NCBI RefSeq assembly: GCF_000485595.1 | Contig: NW_014577074.1 | Coordinates: 681,110 to 745,109, forward strand | From: Priapulus caudatus | Taxonomy: Eukaryota | DNA: 64,000 bases | Direction of reading: 5' to 3' | Shown: one piece after another, positions 25,761 to 37,700 of the stretch | Numbering within the stretch: position 1 is the first letter of the stretch | Layout: each line of letters begins with the position of its first letter | Notes under the pieces: generated by a model | Told to the model about the DNA's origin: nothing | Seen by the model: only the letters and a program-made list of their open reading frames with translations | Databases searched by the model: none | Program-made: the position numbers and the translations under genes

Positions 25761-28700
25761 CTATTTATTCAACTTTATTACATAATAAAGTACAAAAAAT
25801 ACAAACAACGCAAAGATTATAAGGTAACACATCAACCTGTTGTGGCCAGCACGACTCATCTTTGTCAGTCGTCCCATGGTGGATGCAAGAAGTCCTCCTG
25901 AGCTATCGAAGTCACTATCCTACAAAGACCCCATCAGGGTGCTTGACATTTACTATACACATGAATACCTCTACACCACAATAGCTACCATATTTTATTA
26001 TACAGTGCATTATTATAACCAAATAAATGCACTTGACATTTTCACACACTTGACATATGTAACTTTTAATTAATCATAAACAATTGTATTGAATGATGTA
26101 ACATACCATCTCTCCCAGAAATGTATTTTGAGTTCTGACTTCATGTCCAATGTCTATAGATAACTGTAAACAATTGAAAAGCACTTGTAAATAAATAAAT
26201 GAATAACAGTATTATAATGTTAAAGAGAAGATTAGAAGGACCTGAATCTCATCTAGGAATCGGGATCATTTGGCTCGTACGCAAAGGCAACTTAGCATGC
26301 TACACATGATTTCTAGAAGGAGTTCTAGCATCAAACTGGCTAGCTTTCCTATGGAGAACTAAAGTTTCTATATTATTGCTCAAGCAACTAGGTGGCTCTA
26401 GTGCAGCCAGTATATATAATCTGCTATCCTATGATCCCATATTGGCTTGGCGGCACATACACATAAACTTTGAGAAGTTAAATTGCATACACTAAGATAT
26501 ATATCATCATTAGCTGCAATATTTATATATTTATGACAGCTACATATAAAAGTGACACAATACCAGTCATAACCTGCCACAATATATATATGTTGTAACA
26601 GTTTGTAACAGTTTCAACAGACATTATATAAAAACAAACATTTTCAGTAGGCTTATAGTTTAACCAGGAAAATAATTCGAAGTAATACTGACATCTTTTA
26701 ATGCTTTAACTTTCCCTGAAAGGTCTTCCACTAATCTCTGATTTTCTTCTTCATACATGTCTGCGGACATCTTTGTCCCATCACCTGCAGCACATAAATA
26801 AATACATTGATAAAACCAAACATTTAAAACAACTGAGAAGATTTAATAATTAATTATTACCAAAGTTATAGAGACATATTATTTAATTGTATATATACAT
26901 GCCCCACAAATTGAAACATGCTTTTGTATTTTATTGGCATACCTAAGTGAGCCACAAGTCGAGTAAATGACGTCATAATTTTCCTAGACAAGTGCCGCAG
27001 AGCGACAGCGCTCATCTAACGTCTACTGCGGTGACTGTGGTGGAGTGGTGGGATTCTAGTAAACCCTGTTAGTCCCAAATGTGTTCACATACACGCCGAA
27101 ACAGTGGAATGCACAGGGATGGTATCAGGAACCTTTCTCAAAAGAATGTTCGTTGGGATCGTTATGAAAGTTGCCACGAGATGGCATGTACGTTTAACTG
27201 TCTTCAAGCTTAAAGATGGAAGCTCGCATCGTAACGTAGTAGCTACAAACTATTTGCAAGACAGAATAGGTAAGCACTCATCCATTTACCTACGCAAGCA
27301 TACAGGCTGCAATAGAGAGCTGCCACCTGTAACCAATTAACCCAGGCAAAAAACTACACAGTACCACCACCACATGCACTGCAGTGGCCACTGGCAGTGG
27401 CATACGTTACATGTCACTACTGACAGTACAGAATGCCATAGAAATTATACGATTTAAGGAGCATAAACCCTTCTTCAACCAAATTTAGCTTTGGAAATTT
27501 CACTGTGCCATTGTAGGCCTCATACATCCAGGCATGTATAGATCTACTAGCAAACCCGGGCAGTCAAATTCCTTTCTAACAGACAGTAAACAAAATCCTG
27601 TTTAACGCCTCCTCTTGAGGGTCAAAAGGTTATCTGACAACTTACTCTTCGCATGTCAGCAGAAAGTAGATTTCATGTCCTTTCAATAAAGCCATAAAAT
27701 GCTAGGTCCCGCGGCTGAAACAAAAATAGTTTTTCAATCGGCTCCGTCAGACCATGTGCTCAGAGAATGTCTAAAATCTGGGCCCTGTGCCCCATTGACC
27801 TTTGACCTGTGACTCCAATTTCGGCACAGTGATGGCTTTTCCTCTACGATGATGCTATACACCAACTACCCAGCGAGCCTAGGTCAAGCCGTTTAGATTT
27901 TTGTGCCGCAATTCGCATTTCCTCCCTATACCTTAAGTTAAGGAGGGGAATGTTCCCCCTTCTTTTACACCTATTGACCTTTGACCTTTGATCCCGCAGC
28001 TTCGACATCCCAAACTCGTTGTGACGATCCCCCCGACGTCCCGAATATCGTGACCGTACGTCGAGCGGTTAAGATTTGTGCCCAACTGTTGCCGGCACGA
28101 ACGGCCGGACGCACGCACGGACGGACGGACGCACGGACGATCGTGCGATTCTACAAGCTGCGATCTGACTTCGTCCAGATGAGCTAATAAAACGATCNNN
28201 NNNNNNNNNNNNNNNNNNNNNNNNNNNNNNNNNNNNNNNNNNNNNNNNNNNNNNNNNNNNNNNNNNNNNNNNNNNNNNNNNNNNNNNNNNNNNNNNNNNN
28301 NNNNNNNNNNNNNNNNNNNNNNNNNNNNNNNNNNNNNNNNNNNNNNNNNNNNNNNNNNNNNNNNNNNNNNNNNNNNNNNNNNNNNNNNNNNNNNNNNNNN
28401 NNNNNNNNNNNNNNNNNNNNNNNNNATGTATGTATGTATGTATGTATGTATGCATGTACGTGTGTTAATGACATCTAGTATTTTATCAAGTATTTGATAG
28501 TATTTGATAGTATTTTGATATTAAGCAAGCTTATGCTTAATTTCTATCCTGTATGGGTACGAATGCAGATCCTGAATCAAAATTCTCCTCAGAGACTCCC
28601 TCGGAATGCCCAATTGTTGGCTGCGCCAACCGAGGTCCTGACTGAGGTGATGTTCTCCTCTGTCCTTGCACTTCTTTGTCTCCCTGAGTGTGTGGGAGCA

Positions 28701-31700
28701 TTCCCTTTAACATTGAGGTTCTTGACAGTCCCTTGCACCCTCAACTTCTGTACCTATCTTAGAATGAGTCCTTTGTTTGGATAGGTGTGGCAATTGAATT
28801 CCCTCTTGAAACGTACTTGTACAGTTTTGAACAATTTGGTCGAAAAGTACGTTTCCACGGACCATGATTTCTGTCGAAGAGTCCAAGGCATCTTGAAAAA
28901 CTCTTGATTCTAATCTGATTGGGTTGATTAACACTTGTTTGGGTTGCATTTATTTTGGGTCACCCTGTATTATATACTATATATATACTAAAAAGTATCA
29001 TAAATGACAATCATGACAAATGTTGAAAATAAATTATGAAAATGAAAGGCACTCTACATATATCTATATCAGAAGTAGATAATAGGGAAGGAGTGTGACT
29101 TCAATAAACAAGGGAAATTCGTCATTTACTAGCCTTAGAATACTCACAATTTACTACACCGCCTCGCCGAGTGAGCAAGAGTGCGTTAGTAGCTGCCTTT
29201 TGTTTCAAGATCGGCGAACATTACATTTGGTTTGCTGGCAACAGAATGGATAATCGTGTCGTACGTTTTAGTCTGTATCTCCGGATTGCGGGTGTATACG
29301 AGGAAACGATTTCGCACGATGCTAGGCGAATGTACTGTAAATCGTAGGTATTCTAAGGCTAGTAAATGATGAATTTCCCTTGTTTATTGAAGTCACACTC
29401 CTTCCCTATTATCTACTCCTGACCTATATGCACTTAATTAAAACAGAGCACCCCTTTCACCGCCTTTTAACATTACATTGCTACTGTCACCACAACACAG
29501 CTGTTGTCTGACAAATTAACATGTACACACGCATGCGCATATGCACGCGCCTGCACGCACGCACAGACACACGCGCAAGCACGCGCAAGCATGCACACAT
29601 GCACACACACACACACATACACACGTTTAACAGGTATTTTGTAGTCATATTTAGCGACATTTGATAATTAGATAGATATTATATTTAAAGTAGCAAATAT
29701 TCTGCACAGAGTGGTCATTTGGTCGGTCTGCACACAGCCCAGTTGTGGTCCAATAACTATAACCTCCTCATTGGCGATACTACTACAATAGGCCTACTAG
29801 TCGGCTAAGAAGGAAATATAACCATAAGATTTCATGAATCTTCCCGGTACTAGGAACTTGTGCTCAGTTGTTTGTATTACAATTTTGTGGAATTCTTCAG
29901 TTGGGCCGACCACATCTGCACTCATCCCTCAACTGCACATCATCCATCACACTTACAAATTGGCATGCTGAATTGACTGTGCTGTTGATTGAAATTACAC
30001 TGCAGTTCTCCCCAGGATCACCTTCTCAGTAGCATTACCACAGATTAACAAATACATAACGAAAACATAATACGAGTGTAATGCATCATGTATCTGTATT
30101 GCAATCATGTATCATGGCTGCATGCATCATGCAACCATTTCCATAGGTGCGGGCAGAGCTACATCACAGATCAGTAGTCACGTGACCACCAGCAGAACGC
30201 CGGTGAAAACAATACGATCATTTGGTTTGGAAGTTTTAATAAGTTTTTTTCATGATATTCCTTCTAATATGCCTTACGAGTATATAGATAGCCTTTCTGT
30301 AGCTATAATTATGACATTATGTAAGATACATATGATACATAAGATACATAAGATAAATATTTTAAAGGCTCACAATGCGCATCCAAACGCTAATTTCTCC
30401 AGTACTAGACTAGCAAATACTTCGTGTCATGCATAATCACACTACCTTATGACAAAATAAACTCTAGTTGCTCCCATTTCACTGCGCGTTTGCTTAAAAC
30501 CCACAAGAAAAAGGTGAGAAAACTGGCATTCTGGCGCAAACGCCGACTGTTTGCCAAACAATATAGCCTCAAAGTGGTGACGTGACGTCACGTNNNNNNN
30601 NNNATACATGTGCATAACAGCTGGCTCGCTGCTGGCTACACACACACACGAACACACACACGAACACACACACGAACACACACACGAACACACACACGAA
30701 CACACACACGAGAGCGATTACATTACCTCACTGCAACTCCGTTGTGCGGAGGTAAAAAAGTCTCACGTACAAAGATACTCGGTCAGAAGTTTCAGACAAA
30801 AGTCATTATTTATTAAACACGTATTCACGATTCTCTCGCACAAAAGCATGCAGCTGTTAGTTCAAATTTCAAATTCAAATTAAAGTTGAACTAATCAACA
30901 TTCCAGGCAGTGAACCAATCACATTCAAGGACGAATTCAAGGGCAGCACGTCCGTGACTCTCACAGCGCGGCTCAGCGGCGGCAGTGGCGACCTCGCGTG
31001 GCAGCACACGCAACTATTCCGACAATCGTTTGAAGACACGAACAATGCGGCGTTAGACATACGAGTCACGTTTCAGTGAGAAGACATGCAAAACAGAATT
31101 CTCTGGTCCTTGTTTTTACCAAGATTTCACCGTAGTAGAATGGATTAGCTTAACGGAAAATGTAACCTAATTAATGTTGGTAATATAGATTCACCATTCG
31201 TTAATATCAAACAAGTGGCCATACAACATTTTCGACACATGGCTATAGAACGACTTCATATAATACAACCCAGCAGACGAAGTAAACGCCAAGTGGAGGG
31301 CTACTTAAATATACTAACCACATAGCATTATTTATCCAACTGTTTTGTGAAATATATGTAATAAACAATAAAGTCACTTTAATTATTATGATCTACTTTG
31401 CTAATTACATCAGTTTTTCTTTCATTACCAGCTTCGTTCATTCTATGAGATGACAAGTACATGTAGCTCACGTATATATCGACTTGCAGCTATAATATCA
31501 ATAGCGCAATTTATCACATTTTTGTGAACATACACATGGCAGTTCAACATTACTTCATTTTCAAACAGACAAGTAATGAACTGTTTCGATATTACTTTCT
31601 ATTTACAATACCGGTCTGTAAATATCTGCAAAATAGGGATGGAACAGTCTGACCATGTTGGCTTACAACCATGAGCCAACCATTTACAAGGTAGTGCGAA

Positions 31701-34700
31701 CAAGCTCACAGACCAAACTGATTTCCCGAGAAATAATGAAATCGTAAAACATTTAAAAAATAAAACTTGAATTTACTATACTTACGCAAAACATGAGCAT
31801 TGTTATATAGACTACAACGTGTTTGACTTAGTTGTGGGAGTGCCTACAATGAACATGGTGCAAACACTCACTTATAAAGCTATGGGTTGACACGTGGGGA
31901 CGACACCTGCATTTCTTTGAGGCAATAATGTGTTGTTACTCGAAGAAATGCATAATATAAGCAAGCATTCATAACGCGCAGAAAGCAATTTTCCCCCTGG
32001 TCGGAAGTTTTCTGCAAAAATCTCACAAAAAAGTCCAGCAACAAAGCACCTCTAGATTCGAGCAGAAAACATTCTAGAGCCATCGGCGATCTATATACAC
32101 TTTTAGCAGATAACGTAAATACAATCCGTTTCAATACATAATTTTTTATCACTGGATGACACACCTGCCATGAGTATTACGGGAACACGAGAACGGATAC
32201 ACCAAAGTGCTTCTCTAGTAGGTAGGGTGCGTACGCATACTACTCTCACTGGTATAGATGCACACCCCAGCTCTATATCTAGTATACGTGCATCCTAGCA
32301 TGCTCTAGTGGTGTGCTGGATCACAGTGCCTTCTAGTGGTGTGATGCATCACATGTACAGTGCCCTCTAGTGGAGCAGTGCATTACAGTGCCCTGTAGTG
32401 GAATGACGCATCACGGCGCCCTCTGGCGGGGAGCGGCGCGTCACAGCGCCCCCTCCAGGAGCACGTGCGCGTATGCAGCGGCCGAGACGAACTCTTCGCG
32501 CTCGCAGGCGTGTTCGCGGAACAGCGACGGGTGTAGTTCCTCGTTCGTCATGGGCTTCCACGCGTAGCCGAGGCTCTGAGACACCGTCTCGCTGAGGTTC
32601 GCGATCGGCCGACCTGAGTGTGAGAGACAGACTCAGAACTCAATTTAGAACTAGACTTAGAACAAGACTTAGAACTAGACGTAGAACTCGACTTAGAACT
32701 TGACTTAGAACTAGACTAGAGGTTCGCGATCGGCCGACCAGCGTGCGAGAGACAGGGGTCGACTCAGAACTCAATTTAGAACTAGACTTAGAACTCGACT
32801 TAGAACTCGACTTAGAACTCGACTTAGAACTAGACTTAGAACTCGACTTAGAACAAGACTTAGAACTCGACTTAGAACAAGACTTAGAACTCGACTTAGA
32901 ACAAGACTTAGAACTTGACTTAGAACAAGACTTAGAACTCGACTTAAAACAAGACTTAGAAAAAGACTTAGAACTAGACTTAGAACTAGACTTAGAACTA
33001 GACTTAAAACTAGACTTAAAACAAGACTTAGAAAAAGACTTAGAACTAGACTTAGAACTCGACTTAGAACTCGACTTAGAACAAGACTTAGAACAAGACT
33101 TAGAACTCGACTTAAAACAAGACTTAGAACTAGACTTAAAACTAGACTAGAGGTTCGCGATCGGCCGACCAGCGTGCGAGAGACAGGGGTCGACTCAGAA
33201 CTCAATTTAGAACTAGACTTAGAACAAGACTTAGAACTCGACTTAGAACTCGACTTAGAACAAGGAACTCGACTTAGAAAAATACTTAGAACTAGACTTA
33301 GAACTCGACTTAGAACAAGACTTAGAACTAGACTTAGAACTAGACTTAAAACTAGACTTAGAAATAGACTTGGGCGTCGGGACGTAGCGAAAACGACATC
33401 GCAGATTATTAAAGGCAGGTACATTGCAGCAGTGTACGATGGTAAATAGCCAGAGCACCAGCCGCTTGAATTTAGCCATTTGTTTCACTAATTCGGCGAC
33501 GAGGCCAGTCAAGAAAGTCGTACCGAGCGCCGAATTAGTGAAACAAATGGTTGAATTCAAACGGCTAGACATGAACTCCACTGTTATTACTATGCTCTCA
33601 TTATGACTGAACCACGCGCCCTATCACCACACTAGATTTTGTATGAGCCCAGGCCCCTCTATACGGCCTTCGTTTCGTGAGTTCAAAATGAAGATAAAAA
33701 AAAAAATGGAAGCGCACCTATTTCAATGACGCCATCTTCCTGAGTCGTGGCGATACAGCACTGCGGAATGCAAAAATGTTTCAGCTTCGACTTCAGCAGG
33801 CGTGCTATGGCAAATATGTCTTCCTGTGCAAACTCGTACCCTGAAATGCATAAAAGCATGCCATGATTGTTCATCAGTTGCCTAACCGTAGGCAATATGA
33901 GAGCAATCACCTTTACCACTGTACATTTGAATTTCAGATTTTAGTGTCTTTGAGGTTTGAAGGCAATAAAAATCGCTATTAAAGTGAGTAGGAGGAATGA
34001 TTCTTTTTTTATATCGACTAGCCGTAAACTGCCTGCCGCAACTGTTTTGCCACGCGCACTCGATAGATTATGCAATAGGTGTCTGAACGACGGAGACAAT
34101 CATCTACTCCACACTAACGAGTCCCATCAGAACGCAGCACTGCATATCCCGTCGAAGCACAACACAATACAACATGACACAACACAACACAACACAACAC
34201 AACACAATGTAGTGCAATGCAACACAATACAATACGACGCAACACAACACGACACAACACAGCGCGACACAGTACGACGCAAAGTAACGCAACGTAACAC
34301 AACACAAACAAGTCCCGCATTAGCGACAGTGCTGTTCTGAGGTCTGCTGCTCTACTGTACTGGCCTTCGTTTCTGCAAAAGGTTGAAAGCCTGTTCTATC
34401 GCTAAACCGGCTACGTCATCATCAAAACTGTGTAGCATAGGTATTAACACTAAAAACTAAACCCTAACAATGCATCCTACTTCATACCTGCTCGACCGTC
34501 CGTGCGTCCGTCAACAGTTGGGCACAAATCTGAACCGCTCGACGTACGGTCACGATATTCGGGACGTGGGGGGATTATGAAAAGGACTCGGAATGATCAA
34601 TTTGGGGGTCAAGGGTCAAAGGTCAAGATGTGTAAACGGAGGGGGAATATTTTCCCCTTATAGGAGGAAATAGGTGTATAGGAGGAAATACGGAATTGTG

Positions 34701-37700
34701 GCACAAATCTGAACGGCTCGACCTATGCTCTTAATATTCGGTGTATAGTGTGATGGGCAGGAAAGCCATCACCAGTGCGAAATTGTAGGTCACAGGTCAA
34801 AGAGCAGTGGGGGAAAGGTCAGATATCATACATTTTCTGAAGACATGGCCTAACGGACAGAGTGAAAAACTTTTTTGTTTCAGCACTGACCTACCATTTT
34901 TATCACTTTATTGAAAGGACCATGAAATGTGCTTTCCACTGACGTGCGAAGAGTAAGTGTCTGATAACCTTTTGACCCTCAAGAGGAGGGTTAAACATGG
35001 ATTTGTTGACTGTTAACAAAGGACTGAACTGCTTTTGCTATTATTAGAGCCCATACCTGTGTGGATGTGAGGCTACATTTGCAGTTCAATTGCAAAGACA
35101 AAAGTTTGTTGAACAAGGTTTACACTCCTTAAATCATATTATTTTCTAAAGCAGTCTGTACACTCCCTGAATGCTCGCGTGGCTACCGTCATCCGAAATG
35201 TAGGCAAAAACCCGGGGGCATCCCATTACTCATGCATGGTGGTGAACTGGCACTTTTCGAATAAACATGCACACCTGCAATGCAGATGTGTTTCACAGCT
35301 GAGCGAAATTGTCGCCTGCCTGAATATACTTGGATTTTTGCCTGTAAATTTCAGCAACTCAATGGAATTAGGTTATCTCTACTTTCTTGACTTATCACCA
35401 ATGCACGAAGGACGATGCTGTCTTTGATTATTGATTACACTTGCACGCGCCATCTCACGGCAACTATAGGCCTAGTGATACATTATGACACGAATATATA
35501 AGTGCGTGTGCGTGTGAGTGTGTCACTGTGTGTGCGAGTGCGTGTGCGTGTTTGTGTGTCACCGTGTGTGCGTGTGCGTGTGCGTGTGTGTGTGCGTGTG
35601 CCTGTACGTGTGTCACTGCGTGTGAGTGTGCGTGTGCGTGTGCGTGTGCGTGTGCGTGTGCGTGCATGCGTGCGTGCGTGCGTGTGCGCGCGTGCGTGTT
35701 TGTGTGTGCGTGTGCGTGCGTGCGTGTGCGCGCGTGCGTGTGAGTGTGTCACTGTGTGTGCGAGTGCGTGTGCGTGTGCGTGCGCGTGTGCGTGTGCGTG
35801 TGCGTGTGCGTGTGCGTGTGAGTGTGCGTGTGAGTGTGTCACTGTGTGTGCGTGTGTGTGCGAGTGCGTGTGCGTGTGCGTGTGCGTGTGAGTGTGTCAC
35901 TCAGGGCCGTATCCAGGGGGGGGGGGTTATTTGGTTTCTGTAACCCCCCTTGGTTGCTAAAAAAAAAAAGTACTAGTTTAAACCTAGTAACATGTTTGGA
36001 CGGTTGGACCTACAGTTGTTTACTCGGCTCTTACTCGGTTACATTGGGATCTATACAAATAAATGTATTGTGATACTAAGTGGGTATAACAGGTGTCAAC
36101 TAGTCAAATTTAATGGGTAAAAGTTAATTTTTAGCTCATCTGACGAAGTCAGATGCACCTTGCAGACTCGCATGATTGTCCGTGCGTCTGTCCGGCCGTC
36201 CGTCACGCACACGCACACACACGCACACACAAACACGCATGCGCGCACACGCACGCACGCACACGCACGCACGCACACACACAGACGGACGCACACGCAC
36301 TCGCATACACAGTGACACACTCACACGCACACACACACGCAGTTATAAAATAGTAGTTACCTGTCACGAAATGATCAGAACAAATAGTGGCGAATTTTGA
36401 CAGACTCCAGTGCATACCATTTACATTTACTCATTTACATTTAAGTGGCAGTCAGCCACTTATGACTTATCACACCTCTCTGGACTCTTATGTCATTTTG
36501 GCAGCTCAAAAAAATATCTTTTCTTATCTGTGCAATATATATGATTGTGACAATTACCTACTACTACACAAGTTTTCGGCATATATGCAAGGAAATTAGT
36601 ATGCTTTTGGTTTGGAAATGGGGTATTGCGTGTGTAACTTTAAGCTCACGGAGACAGGCTGTTGTTTTCACAGGCACTTGAAGCGTTTCAATAAAATATA
36701 ATCCTAACTAAATACGAAATCTATTTACTACCAAATTCTTAATGTTTCTATACTCTCTTTCACCTATTATTGCCTACAGTTTCCTGTAAATTCGGTCCAA
36801 ATCCTACGTCCAACCATATACGCTGCCGGCGCCATTGCTTTCGCGGCGCGACTGTTGCACGCTTACACTAATATATATAGCAGGTAGGAAAGCGCAATCG
36901 CAAAATTCGCTCGATGCTCGCTTGATTTCACACTTTCACAGCACGAAAACACATCCAACCGCTTCCATCTTTGTTTGTATGTCAAGAACAGTGTTCACTT
37001 GTTATAAAAACATAATGTCTCTGTTTGTAACCGAGCTGTGTCACGTGAAATCACACAAAGACTAACGAAATTCTCGCGTTCGCAAACCTTCCACAGTAAT
37101 GTAAATGGCTGTCAGAATCAGAAAAAAACCTACCGGCGCTCTTCGTGACCTCATTCTTGCGCCGCAACGCTGCAACGTTTTTGCAACGTTCAAATGGCGA
37201 GGCTCGTACGGGAGTTGGAAAGCAGTGCGCCGCCTGCGCGCCGCCTATAGTCCATAGACTGTCACTCGCTCCCACCTCTCGGCTTAGCTTAGTCACTCGA
37301 TGGGTAATCGAGGTGGGGCGAGTCCCAGTCTATATAGCCCTGTATTCTGACAGCCATTTACATTACCGTGGAAGGTTCGCGAATGCGAGAATTTCGTCAG
37401 TCTTTGCGTGATTTCGCGTGACACAGCTCAGTTACGAACAGAGGCATTGTTTTTATAACAAGTGAACACTGTTCTTGACATACAAACAAAGATGGAAGCT
37501 GTTGGATGTGGTTTAATTCGTGCTGTGAAAGTGTGAAATCAAGCGAGCGTCGAGCGAATTTTGCGATCGCGCTTTCCTACCTGCTATATATATAAGTGTA
37601 AGCGTGCAACAGTTGCGCCGCGAAAGCAATGGCGTCGGCAGCGTATAAGGTTGGAAGTAGGAATTGGACGGAATTTACAGGAAACTGTCGGCAATAATAA

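Larger units (their letters stand above)
32441..33840 (-). pseudogene. Orphan last two exons of an FBXO33-like F-box protein gene, reading frame intact
   Basis: Exon 33718-33840 (ag|GG TAC..., GYEFAQEDIFAIARLLKSKLKHFCIPQCCIATTQEDGVIEIG|gt) and exon 32441-32613 (GRPIANLSETVSQSLGYAWKPMTNEELHPSLF...LLEGAL*) join in phase 1. They resemble the FBXO33 C-terminus (GY...LIAIARLRG.L; NL.E.VS..LG..W). No upstream exons were found before the FAF2 promoter. Confidence 0.7.

Noticed and set aside
30446..30477. MGATRVYFVIR as a BET1 first exon
   Set aside because: It does not resemble BET1 and lies in transposon-like sequence. The MRRAG exon at 38021-38033 fits much better.
32743..33449. ORFs with LELD/LSLV/RTRL repeats that resemble leucine-rich or coiled-coil proteins
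   Set aside because: They are translations of an intronic 12-bp minisatellite that is open in several frames on both strands.
35464..36415. His/Ala, Cys/Val and Arg/Val-rich ORFs
   Set aside because: They are translations of GT/CA microsatellites. Only the THAP-like part at 36361-36582 is meaningful.
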